The translations under genes and the position numbers were made by a program. A stretch of DNA of 64,000 nucleotides from Roseburia sp. GTDB lineage: Bacteria; Bacillota; Clostridia; Lachnospirales; Lachnospiraceae. Where the stretch lies: positions 168,101 through 232,100 of the forward strand of contig JAGBEG010000012.1 in NCBI GenBank assembly GCA_017937095.1. The letters run 5' to 3'. A model generated the notes under the pieces. It had not been told where the DNA came from, did not search any database, and saw only the letters and a program-made list of their open reading frames with translations. Below, one piece after another: positions 37,238-45,802 of this stretch; position 1 is the stretch's first letter, and each line of letters begins with the position of its first letter.

Positions 37238-37702
37238 TCACATTTGCCCCATACCCCTATCCTCAAAATTGAAAGCTTCTTCCGGCTTCATGCCCATTTT
37301 TAACCTTCTTCTTACCGTCGATTCCTTATCCGATAAATTCATTTGTTTCAATGCTGCAGCAATAGAATTGTATAAAAGTCCATTTACTACAATGGGGATG
37401 CCCTGTCTCGATACCTTTTTAGGCTTATTAAGCGCATCATTTAACGAATATCCATATTTCAACCTGTTTCTGATCAGCCCGGCGTCTTTTGCCTGCTCTT
37501 TGCATATCTGGGTTACGGATTTCCTGGTACCCTTATCCTCATAATAAGAACATCTGAAATCTGATGTATCACATGCTGCTTCTACAGACATTCCTCTCCT
37601 TAACCGAGCTGTTAAGGTTTTTTCGTTAATACCCACATATTCCGCCAGTTCCCTTATTGATAAAAAATTTTTGCCATCATAAGGGTATAGATTTTTTCTC
37701 AT
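37238..37702 (-). CDS. Protein of three tandem small HTH-like modules
   Basis: Repeated L..RLRRGMSVE / RNRLKYGYSLNDAL / RRRLKMGMKPEEAF. Confidence 0.55.
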   Translation of the reverse strand: MRKNLYPYDGKNFLSIRELAEYVGINEKTLTARLRRGMSVEAACDTSDFRCSYYEDKGTRKSVTQICKEQAKDAGLIRNRLKYGYSLNDALNKPKKVSRQGIPIVVNGLLYNSIAAALKQMNLSDKESTVRRRLKMGMKPEEAFNFEDRGMGQM

Positions 37703-37802
37703 ATATCTGCTCCTCCAACTGGATGAGATTCGCCGGATCCGTCATGTTCTCCAATATGCCCCATTACCCCTACGCCATCTGCTCCTCGTTCAAATGCATT
37801 CT

Positions 37803-38279
37803 TTACATATACCTTGAAGTAATATCCACCCTGTCTTCATTAAGTGTTATTAACTCCCATACCGATCTCAACATCTGGTGTATCTCTCGACTTTTTGATA
37901 CTATGTAATTTTCGTACCATGACAAAATCCGTAAATCTTCTGCTGTAATCCCTTCTATTTCCTGCATCTGTTGCACAATGACATACAGTTTATGAGTACA
38001 TACCCTCTCATAACTCTGGCAACTAAGTACTTGCTCATAGAATTTATCTCTCACCTCATGTTGTGAAATATCCTGATCCGTGTAGGAACCAATATAAATC
38101 AAAAGCCGTTCTACATTCTCTTCCAATTTCTGATAATTCTCTATAAATACCTTCAGTTCCATAATTTCATTTTTACAATGCATACTAAAATCTGCCGAAA
38201 AACAGTTCTGCTTTTGATATTCACCAATCACTTTCTCCATTTCCAGCATAATTTCACGGCTGCTCTTATATTTTTTCAA
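37803..38279 (-). CDS. Hypothetical protein
   Basis: 158-aa ORF with RBS AAGGAG. Confidence 0.55.
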   Translation of the reverse strand: MKKYKSSREIMLEMEKVIGEYQKQNCFSADFSMHCKNEIMELKVFIENYQKLEENVERLLIYIGSYTDQDISQHEVRDKFYEQVLSCQSYERVCTHKLYVIVQQMQEIEGITAEDLRILSWYENYIVSKSREIHQMLRSVWELITLNEDRVDITSRYM

Positions 38280-38289
38280 TGTGTCTCCT

Positions 38290-38532
38290 TTAATCCTTCA
38301 GTTCAAACGTAACTTTCACACCGGCAACATCCGCCAGAGCAAGAACTCTCTCAAATGATGCCTTGCTTAAATCCCCGTGAATCCCTATGTAATTATGAAG
38401 TGACCTCTCAGCGATACCTGTCTTCTTACTGATTTCTTCATAACTCTTCTCCGATAATCCACCAGCAATGATCTTTTTGGCGCCAGACGCCTTCTTTGCA
38501 ATCCGATCTTCGCATAAATTTGATTTAGGCAT
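38290..38532 (-). CDS. Small HTH protein
   Basis: SYEEISKKTGIAERSLHNY. Confidence 0.65.
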   Translation of the reverse strand: MPKSNLCEDRIAKKASGAKKIIAGGLSEKSYEEISKKTGIAERSLHNYIGIHGDLSKASFERVLALADVAGVKVTFELKD

Positions 38533-38548
38533 GATTCAATCCTCCTCC

Positions 38549-38776
38549 CTACACTTTAGCGTTTTTCTCCTTATCGCTCTCTTTATAAAAACCCATAGGA
38601 TCTTTGTCTAAAAAAATACAAATCGCCAGAAATTCATCTGCTCTCAATTCTCTTTCTCTTCCAGTCCCCAAAGATGAATACAGGACACCCTGAGACAATC
38701 CCGTATTATTAGATATCGCCTTTATGGATATTCCCATTTTATTGATATATGCCGCCACATTTTTAGTTGCAATCAT
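38549..38776 (-). CDS. Cro-like HTH protein
   Basis: GISIKAISNNTGLSQGVLY...LRADEFLAIC; divergent from the cI-like gene. Confidence 0.75.
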   Translation of the reverse strand: MIATKNVAAYINKMGISIKAISNNTGLSQGVLYSSLGTGRERELRADEFLAICIFLDKDPMGFYKESDKEKNAKV

Positions 38777-38794
38777 GCTTTCACCTTCCTTTAT

Positions 38795-38916
38795 TCTTCA
38801 TATCGAGGATTTTTCCTCTTTTTATTACATATTATCCTTCGTTTCGAAGAATGTCAACATTTTTCTTCATTATGAGGATTTTATTTGTTGACTTTGGAAA
38901 TTTTATTGATTAAACT
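38795..38916. promoter_or_regulatory. Divergent promoters with three 15-bp operator-like palindromes
   Basis: YCTTC-N5-GARGA at 38795, 38836, 38864; minus TTGACA(38857-38852)-17-TAATAT; plus TTGACT(38888)-17-TAAACT. Confidence 0.65.
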
Positions 38917-38933
38917 CATAGAGAGGTGGGAAA

Positions 38934-39380
38934 ATGGAAACTGATTTAAAAATTTCAAATAAATTAAAGGCATTACGAAAAGCATCTGGACTCAGCACTA
39001 ACCAAGTGTGCGAACATCTGAAAAAATGCGGATATATCATAGCTCCCAAAACATTGTATGGTTATGAATCCGGACATCGCACTCCGAATGCAGATATTTT
39101 TCTAGAACTGTGTTCATATTACAATTGCCAAGATATTCTCTTTGAATTTGGCTATACGGATGCTCCCAGAAAGTCCCTTATCTCTTCGGATGCATCAGAG
39201 ATATACTCCAAATATTGTGAACTTTCAAAAGACGGTCAAAATATCATTCGTAATGCTTTAGGGATAAATGAAAATGAAATGTCAGAAGAATCTACTTCTT
39301 TTATTCCTGACACCCCAGAGGAGCTTGAGTCACTATACCCTCCTATTGAAGCGTCAAATGAAAAAAAGAATATTTCATAA
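38934..39380 (+). CDS. cI-like XRE repressor
   Basis: KLKALRKASGLS...TLYGYESGHRTP. Confidence 0.85.
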   Translation: METDLKISNKLKALRKASGLSTNQVCEHLKKCGYIIAPKTLYGYESGHRTPNADIFLELCSYYNCQDILFEFGYTDAPRKSLISSDASEIYSKYCELSKDGQNIIRNALGINENEMSEESTSFIPDTPEELESLYPPIEASNEKKNIS

Positions 39381-39754
39381 AAAAACTATTTCTGAAATAC
39401 CACACCAGGAATCGGATCATACATCCAATCTTCCTTTTTTTATCTTAACGAACGTAAATTATACAAACAGAACCATTATAATTTATATTGTAGTAGATTG
39501 TGTGATTACAGAAATAGTATATAGCAAAAATTTTATGATTATTTAGTTTAATGTATTTTTTTATCATTGAATAACACCCTCTTTTTCGGAAGATTGGATG
39601 TTATAACCATTATGATAGCGAGTGTAGTTTTTTGTCATCTACCTATTGTTGTATTTAATATGTTAAACACGAAAATCTGGGAGTACAATTTACGATTGAT
39701 TTTTTCCTCTCATTCAGACACTAATACATTATTCAAAAGGAGTTTAGAACACAA

Positions 39755-40759
39755 ATGAATAATTACTATGTATTTAAGAAAGATAACTTTAGCGCGTGCT
39801 GCAACCTGATTGTATGGGATTTTATAATCACTGTAGCAATCGTAGCCACAATGTCCTCAAAGTGGTTTTCAACACCTCTAACAGGCTTTCAACAATTTTT
39901 TATTGGTCTGCTTGGTGGCTTTCTCCTTATTGGTCTAATGGCTATACGTTTTTTACGAAACATCATCATGGTCGCCTTTTCCGTTTTTTGGGCATGTTTT
40001 ATTTATGGTACATTAGATTTATTTTTTCACATCTCTGATTTATCTTCCTCTTGGCGCTATGGAATTGGCATTTTCCTATTTTTAATGGCTCTCGCAATAC
40101 ACATCGGCTCTGCGGAAGACTTTGGTATACTCTCATTGGCGTCCCCCTCTCGCAAAAGGGATTTTTCTGATTCTAATTTCGACTTCAATGCCAATGTGCA
40201 AAATACTTCAGCGGCTATGGCAGTCCAGGACGATTTAAGACAATGTGAAAAGCTATTTCGCACAGCCATCGCACTAGCTGATTCTGTTCAAGCACTTACT
40301 GACAGTAATGCCAGTTTTCCGTTAAAGGAATTTGTAAAACGAAATACCTCAAAGCTTGTCAGACAATACAATCATCTGGGTCGTTCCATAAGCAGATATA
40401 ATAAAACACTAACTGAAGCTTCCTTACAACAACTTACTGTGATATTGGACGAAACTTCCCTAATGCTTGAGGAATACATTGATACCCTACAAACCATGTT
40501 GGATGAATATAACGAATGTGCATTTGAAGAGCAAACGCAGGCGCACTCACAATATAACCGTACAGATTATGCAGAACAAAACCATCATAATTCTGGTTCT
40601 TCCAACTATTTCAAAGGCTGTGATACCCTCGAAAAACTCAATAAACGATATCGTGATTTGGTAAAGATTTACCATTCTGATTCTGGAAATGGCAATGATG
40701 AAGTATTTATAGAAATTACAGATGAATACAATCGTCTAAAAGAAACCTTTTCAAAATAA
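39755..40759 (+). CDS. Multi-TM membrane protein with C-terminal J-domain-like module
   Basis: Four TM helices; YFKGCDTLEKLNKRYRDLVKIYHSD...EITDEYNRL. Confidence 0.7.
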   Translation: MNNYYVFKKDNFSACCNLIVWDFIITVAIVATMSSKWFSTPLTGFQQFFIGLLGGFLLIGLMAIRFLRNIIMVAFSVFWACFIYGTLDLFFHISDLSSSWRYGIGIFLFLMALAIHIGSAEDFGILSLASPSRKRDFSDSNFDFNANVQNTSAAMAVQDDLRQCEKLFRTAIALADSVQALTDSNASFPLKEFVKRNTSKLVRQYNHLGRSISRYNKTLTEASLQQLTVILDETSLMLEEYIDTLQTMLDEYNECAFEEQTQAHSQYNRTDYAEQNHHNSGSSNYFKGCDTLEKLNKRYRDLVKIYHSDSGNGNDEVFIEITDEYNRLKETFSK

Positions 40760-40878
40760 TTTGTCTAAAAGCACGCAAACTACGCATAGTGAAGCCTTTT
40801 TATCGTACCTTGAAGACCAAGACACTTTTAACATTGTAAATAAGAAATTCAGAACAATTATTAAGGAGAAATGATGCA

Positions 40879-42111
40879 ATGGCGCGTAAAAAGAAAGGTG
40901 AGCTGCCGTCTGGCAACATTCGAAGACAGATTTATGACCACTCCGAACTTCTCTATGATTCCCAGGGGCAGCCTGTCATCGATCCGAAAACTGGAAAGCA
41001 GGCAAAGAAAAGAATATACCGCTCCATCACTGCACCTACTGCTGCGGAAGCAAATCTTATCAAGGCTGAGATTCAGGCAGGTAAGAAGAAGCATGTCAAG
41101 CCTGTAGATATGACCTTAAGCGAAGCCATTGATAACTACGTAGCATCGTCGGATGCGCTGCTCTCTCCGTCAACCATACGGGGTTACAGAACCATCCAGC
41201 GTAACGCATTTAAAGGAATCATGCAGGTAAAGTTGCATGATATAACCAATGAGCTGCTGCGTAATGCAGTAAATGCCGAATGCAAACGTACTACTGGAAA
41301 AAACAATCCCAAACCCATATCGTCCAAGACCGTAATTAATGAATACGGGCTTATATCAGCGGTCTTAAATATGTACGCCCCTGACTTGGACTGTACTGTT
41401 AAGTTGCCACAGGTAGAACATAATCAGCACGAATTGTCTACCCCTGATACCATTTATAATCTCGTAAAGGGTACAGACATCGAACTGCCGGTGCTTCTCG
41501 CCATGTGGCTATCCTTTACGGCATCGGAAATATTGGGGCTTACAAAATCAAAATCTATATCAGCGGACGGCTGTTACATCTCTATTAAAGAAGTCATTGT
41601 CAAAGACGAACACGGGAAATCAGTAATAAAAAACAAGGGCAAGCAACCCTCCAGAGATCGCACGCTTCGCATCCCGGACTATATTAAGGGACTAATAGAT
41701 CAAGTCGAAACAGATCGTCTCGTAACAATGACTGGTACTGCGTTATCTAAAAGATTCGCCCGGATAGTGAAGAACTCTGGTATACCATACATGACTTTTC
41801 ACGATCTTCGCCACGTCAACGCCTCCGTCATGACCCTGCTCCGGGTACCTGACAAATACGCTCAAGAGCGTGGCGGCTGGAAGTCCGATCACATCATGAA
41901 AAGCACTTACATGCAGACCTTTTCTTCTGAACGGGCAGCTATAGATGAGCAGATTGATGATTACCTCTCTTCACTTCTCTTCGCAACAGAATCCGACCGA
42001 AAAAGAGAAAAGAAGTACAACTGCTGGCTCATTTTATTTGATTGCGAAGACTCGGAAGAGAGTCGGGCGAAATTCGATACTTTCTGTATCGAAAATCATA
42101 TTGTCATATAA
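40879..42111 (+). CDS. int: Tyrosine recombinase/integrase
   Basis: FHDLRHVNAS...ERGGW...STYMQ; core-binding segment LSPSTIRGY. Confidence 0.92.
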   Translation: MARKKKGELPSGNIRRQIYDHSELLYDSQGQPVIDPKTGKQAKKRIYRSITAPTAAEANLIKAEIQAGKKKHVKPVDMTLSEAIDNYVASSDALLSPSTIRGYRTIQRNAFKGIMQVKLHDITNELLRNAVNAECKRTTGKNNPKPISSKTVINEYGLISAVLNMYAPDLDCTVKLPQVEHNQHELSTPDTIYNLVKGTDIELPVLLAMWLSFTASEILGLTKSKSISADGCYISIKEVIVKDEHGKSVIKNKGKQPSRDRTLRIPDYIKGLIDQVETDRLVTMTGTALSKRFARIVKNSGIPYMTFHDLRHVNASVMTLLRVPDKYAQERGGWKSDHIMKSTYMQTFSSERAAIDEQIDDYLSSLLFATESDRKREKKYNCWLILFDCEDSEESRAKFDTFCIENHIVI

Positions 42112-42132
42112 ATACAACACGAAATGCAACAC
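42112..42132 (+). repeat. Tandem arm-type repeats after int
   Basis: ATACAACACGAAATGCAACAC (CAACAC twice). Confidence 0.5.
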
Positions 42133-42180
42133 ATTTATGTGGATTGCTTGATTTTATGCGGTTTATTCATGATTTTCGAT

Positions 42181-42203
42181 GGGTTCGATTCCCGTTGTCC
42201 GCT
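42181..42203 (+). other. attR core: 3' fragment of a tRNA (Gly-like)
   Basis: GGGTTCGATTCCCGTTGTCCGCT = T-loop plus 3' acceptor strand; no 5' half upstream. Confidence 0.7.
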
Positions 42204-42212
42204 TGCATTAAG

Positions 42213-42270
42213 AATCGTCGAAAATCAGGATTTTGTTAGAAAAATCAATGGTTTTCGGCGATTATTTTTT
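42213..42270. terminator. Probable bidirectional terminator after the att core
   Basis: AATCGTCGAAAATCA...TGGTTTTCGGCGATT followed by ATTTTTT; abuts the stop of 42262-42849. Confidence 0.6.
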
Positions 42271-42849
42271 GTCATCTTTCACTTCTGCCCTCAAAACTCT
42301 TTCCCAATTATTGAATGTGCGAGGTTTCGTTTTTTGGAAGCTCATATAGCTAATGGATATGTAAGTTACAAACATCACAACTATAATCTGTAAAACTATG
42401 TAGCCATATACTTGAGCAACTGTAAATTGGATTTCCTCTTGCTTGATATATTTTCCCCAAAATAAAATTGAGCTTAATAGCGACATTACTATATATTCGA
42501 CACTTGAACCATAATAAATTATCTTTTCCCGAATATTTCTTGAGTTTAATTTGTAATATTTTTCATGATAACGCTCCCATTTAAAACATTCCACATCCTT
42601 TTCATTCTCTAACACTCTGTTCATATACCCCGCCAAATAAGCAACAGCATATTTATGATTAGCAACCTTCAAAGCTACTGGAACAATGACAACATACGGA
42701 AGTAAGAACAATTCAATTACATCCATTGACAAGGCGACACCTAAAATGGTAACAACCGCTGTATATGCAAATGTAGCAAGACTATCAACCAATTTCAATC
42801 TCCATGTAATTTCATCCCTTAACATTAAATATTCTTTTTCATTTTTCAT
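42262..42849 (-). CDS. AT-rich multi-TM hypothetical protein
   Basis: EYLMLRDEI start then about four TM helices; own TATAAT upstream. Confidence 0.7.
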   Translation of the reverse strand: MKNEKEYLMLRDEITWRLKLVDSLATFAYTAVVTILGVALSMDVIELFLLPYVVIVPVALKVANHKYAVAYLAGYMNRVLENEKDVECFKWERYHEKYYKLNSRNIREKIIYYGSSVEYIVMSLLSSILFWGKYIKQEEIQFTVAQVYGYIVLQIIVVMFVTYISISYMSFQKTKPRTFNNWERVLRAEVKDDKK

Positions 42850-42934
42850 ATAATTTCCTTTCTGCCATCGTTTATCTTGTTCTTGCCCTCTTTTTTATTA
42901 TACCCTACAAACGAAGATAAATCTATTTCCTTTT

Positions 42935-43738
42935 TTACAATGATTCGAGCCCTGCTTTCCAGCTCTTTGCTCCAACAATCCCGTCTGCTGTCAGTCCGTG
43001 GCTTGTCTGCCAGTTTTTTGTTGCGCTCTCCGTGCCGCTGCCAAAGATTCCGTCCGGCGTTGTCCCGACAATAATCTGCCACACCCTGACAGCTTTTCCC
43101 CTGCTTCCTCTCCTGATTGTATTCATGCTGCAAACCTCCTTCTCTTCTATATCGTCCTCCCGCAATTTTCCCTGTTCTTCTCCACAGTTCATCTGCCCTG
43201 CCGTTTTGCTGTTCATCTGCCCTGCCATTCCACCGTTCATCTGCCCTGCCGTTCCACTGTTCGTCTGCTCTGCCGTTTCGCTGTTTGGCGCACTGTCCTC
43301 CTCAATGACAGCCGTCTGAAACAGAGCGGTTTCCGCCGCTCTTCTTTTCACAAGTCCGGCAAGTGTCCTGCCCGCCGCCTTGCAGTATTGCGGCATTGCC
43401 GCCGCAATCTGCGCCGCACTTCTTCCCGCGCAAAGCTTTTTCAAATTTCCCGCTCCGCAATTAAATGCGAAAGAAACCAACGCATCGAACTGGTTCTGGT
43501 TGAGCTGCGCCGTGATTGGCACGTATACGGCGTTGTTGACATACTGCTCGAACTTCCGGCAATCCTCCCGCAAGTACTCCTCTGCCTGCGCCTGTGTAAT
43601 GGTCTGCCCCTGTTTTACGCCTGCGGTGTGTCCGTAACCGATTGTCCAGACGCCCGCCGCGCACTGGTATGCCTTAAGGCGGCAGCCCTCAAACTGCATG
43701 ATAAGCTTTAAGCCTTCCTGTCCGATTGTTCTTGCCAT
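42935..43738 (-). CDS. Endolysin: GH24 lysozyme plus peptidoglycan-binding domain
   Basis: LIMQFEGCRLKAYQCAAGVWTIGYGHT; QNQFDALVSF; LTADGIVGAKSW. Confidence 0.92.
   Translation of the reverse strand: MARTIGQEGLKLIMQFEGCRLKAYQCAAGVWTIGYGHTAGVKQGQTITQAQAEEYLREDCRKFEQYVNNAVYVPITAQLNQNQFDALVSFAFNCGAGNLKKLCAGRSAAQIAAAMPQYCKAAGRTLAGLVKRRAAETALFQTAVIEEDSAPNSETAEQTNSGTAGQMNGGMAGQMNSKTAGQMNCGEEQGKLREDDIEEKEVCSMNTIRRGSRGKAVRVWQIIVGTTPDGIFGSGTESATKNWQTSHGLTADGIVGAKSWKAGLESL
43187..43282. repeat. 4 x 24-bp tandem repeat in the endolysin linker
   Basis: GTTCATCTGCCCTGCC(N8) units; encodes repeated xAGQMN. Confidence 0.85.
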
Positions 43739-43741
43739 TGT

Positions 43742-44209
43742 TTATTCCTCCCTTACATCCTGATCCGTTCCTGCCACGCGCTCCGCCTGCTTTTTGATAT
43801 TTTTTATCAGCGGCAATAAAAAGCCCGGAACGCCCACCCCGATATCGATCATATTTTCCAGTATACTGATGATTTCGTTGCAAATGATCCAGATCGCCAC
43901 GATGCAGGCAACCAGAAATGTAAACGGCATTGCAAAGCCCAGCGTAACTGCCCCATACGCTAACAATTGATCGATAATCGCTCCGACCACCACCAGGAGC
44001 CACATCATGATTTTTTTCGTAATGCCCTTCATGCTCTTGTAGGAGCTGATACCGCCGTCCGTCCGGTATTTTGCCGCCGCAAGTCCGGTTATGTAGTCAA
44101 TGATATTACAAATCACCATAAGCAGCACCGGGATGTACATAATTCCCAGGATTGACGACAGGAAGCTCCCTATCGCAGTGAATAATACTTTTACTGAATT
44201 TGTTTTCAT
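43742..44209 (-). CDS. Phage holin (toxin secretion/phage lysis holin family)
   Basis: IIDYITGL...SSYKSMKGITKK...NEIISILEN. Confidence 0.9.
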   Translation of the reverse strand: MKTNSVKVLFTAIGSFLSSILGIMYIPVLLMVICNIIDYITGLAAAKYRTDGGISSYKSMKGITKKIMMWLLVVVGAIIDQLLAYGAVTLGFAMPFTFLVACIVAIWIICNEIISILENMIDIGVGVPGFLLPLIKNIKKQAERVAGTDQDVREE

Positions 44210-44307
44210 ATTTTCCTCTCTTTCCCCGGCTTTTAGCCGGAATAAAATTAAAAGCGCCGGGTAACCAGTCTGTGATAGACCAGTTATCCGGCACGAAATA
44301 TCCCCTC

Positions 44308-45180
44308 CTACGCATACTTTCCATCGTTATATCCGGCATGATAGCCATTCCAATACCCGTCGTCCAGCCCTTTGCTGTATCCGGCATCATAACCAGCCTT
44401 ATAATTGGCACTGCTGGTATTCGCTCTGGCATCTGCCGCCGCAACGCCTGCATTATAGCCGTTATTATATCCTGTCTTATAATTCACGGAATTAGCATTT
44501 GCCCGGTTATCTGCGGCGGTCACCCCTGCATTGTATGCCCCCGCACCGGAAACATATCCCCCGCCGCTATGGTAGCCTGCAGGAATCGTCACATTTCCGC
44601 TGCCAGTCGTGGCACCCGTCCAATTTCCCCGATATGCCATCGGATAGGAAAACAGTGTGTTGCTGTCCGTATACCCTGCATTATTTGCACCTGTCCTTAT
44701 GCAGCACCTTTGTACTCCATCGCTGTTTTTTTCAAAAAATATGGCATCCCCTGCGACAACAGGCGTTTTATTACTCGTGGTATATGTTACAGCAGCGCTG
44801 GCAGACAGATTTTTCATTGTACCGCTTAATCCTATACCAGCAGCATTTGTAAATGTTTTCCCCGCCAGAACGTCCGCCGTCGTTGCTGTTCCCACCTTAG
44901 CGTCTGCTGTTCCGGCATTGTACCTCGCAGTTCCCGCCGCCGTCACATTCTCCGCCATCGTTTCAAATGACGCGTCTGCCGCCGTCGCCGTTCCCTGTGC
45001 AGTGATGGCATCGGCGACAAGTGTTTTGCCATCACTGACAGATTTTTTTACGGCTGCCATTTCCGCTTCTACCGCACCGAGTTTCTCGTCGATGACGTCC
45101 GCATTTGCGTTGAAATCCTCCACATTTACAAGGTCGGCGCCCTCCGGCTTTTTCAGACCATAATTACTTGTCAATATCAT
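44308..45180 (-). CDS. Tail fiber-like protein A
   Basis: Start ATG 45180 (MILTSNYGLKKP); ADVLAGKTF...SGTM and IPAGYHSGGG fiber motifs; GYxxG repeats. Confidence 0.7.
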   Translation of the reverse strand: MILTSNYGLKKPEGADLVNVEDFNANADVIDEKLGAVEAEMAAVKKSVSDGKTLVADAITAQGTATAADASFETMAENVTAAGTARYNAGTADAKVGTATTADVLAGKTFTNAAGIGLSGTMKNLSASAAVTYTTSNKTPVVAGDAIFFEKNSDGVQRCCIRTGANNAGYTDSNTLFSYPMAYRGNWTGATTGSGNVTIPAGYHSGGGYVSGAGAYNAGVTAADNRANANSVNYKTGYNNGYNAGVAAADARANTSSANYKAGYDAGYSKGLDDGYWNGYHAGYNDGKYA

Positions 45181-45181
45181 C

Positions 45182-45802
45182 TTAATCCCTCCCATGATAT
45201 GTTCCATCATTAAATCCGACATGATAACCATTCCAGTAGCCATCATCCAGCCCCTTGCTATATCCGGCATCATAACCTGCTTTATAATTCGCACTGTCAG
45301 TGTTTACTCTGCCGTCTGCGGCGGCAACCCCGGCATGATAGCCCGCCATATAATTTGCTGACGAAGGATTCTCCCTGCCGTCCGCGGCGGCAACGCCTTC
45401 GCCGTATTTCTTATTTCCCGCTGCCGTGATATTATCCGCCATCACGGAAAATGCCGCGTCTGCCGCCGTGTTTACTCCCTGTGCAGTGATAGCTCCGGCG
45501 ACAAGTGTTTTGCCATCACTGACAGATTTTTTTACGTTTTCCATCTCCTTTATCAGCTCCAAAAGCTTCCTTACCGCAAGCTTTAGCTTGCCGAACAGCC
45601 CCCGCAGGGAATCTCCGCTTGTAAGCTCTGTAAGCTGCACTGCCTCCTCAAATTCAACGGTCAGCCCACTCGCTCCGCCGTCCGCGGTCGGTCTTCTTTT
45701 TAACTCCGCGTCAATGATGTCTGCATTGTAATTAAAATCCCGCACATCTACGGGCTCGCCGAGCTCCGGCTTTCTCAATCCATAATTTCCTGTTAATAAC
45801 AT
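45182..45802 (-). CDS. Tail fiber-like protein B (paralog of A)
   Basis: MLLTGNYGLRKP; shared SVSDGKTLVA.AITAQG module and GYxxG tail. Confidence 0.7.
   Translation of the reverse strand: MLLTGNYGLRKPELGEPVDVRDFNYNADIIDAELKRRPTADGGASGLTVEFEEAVQLTELTSGDSLRGLFGKLKLAVRKLLELIKEMENVKKSVSDGKTLVAGAITAQGVNTAADAAFSVMADNITAAGNKKYGEGVAAADGRENPSSANYMAGYHAGVAAADGRVNTDSANYKAGYDAGYSKGLDDGYWNGYHVGFNDGTYHGRD

Larger units (their letters stand above)
1..42203. mobile_element. Integrative conjugative element with plasmid-like replication/partition module (left end outside window)
   Basis: T4SS, relaxase, MobC, oriT-like site, Rep/ParAB and tyrosine integrase, ending at a tRNA 3'-end fragment at 42181-42203. 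Confidence 0.9.

Noticed and set aside
39567-39758. 63-aa ORF upstream of the J-domain protein
   Set aside because: AT-rich intergenic region, no RBS, no recognisable motif
42160-42203. Complete tRNA gene
   Set aside because: Only the T-loop and 3' acceptor strand are present; upstream sequence gives no D or anticodon arm or 5' acceptor strand
45181-45294. N-terminal extension of the 44308-45294 ORF
   Set aside because: Overlaps the end of gene B in another frame; ATG 45180 has an RBS and matches the paralog's N-terminus
44308-45345. Diversity-generating retroelement (VR/TR pair) in the two fiber gene ends
   Set aside because: Differences are mostly C/T and G/C at third codon positions, not adenine-specific; both copies are coding; no reverse transcriptase in the window
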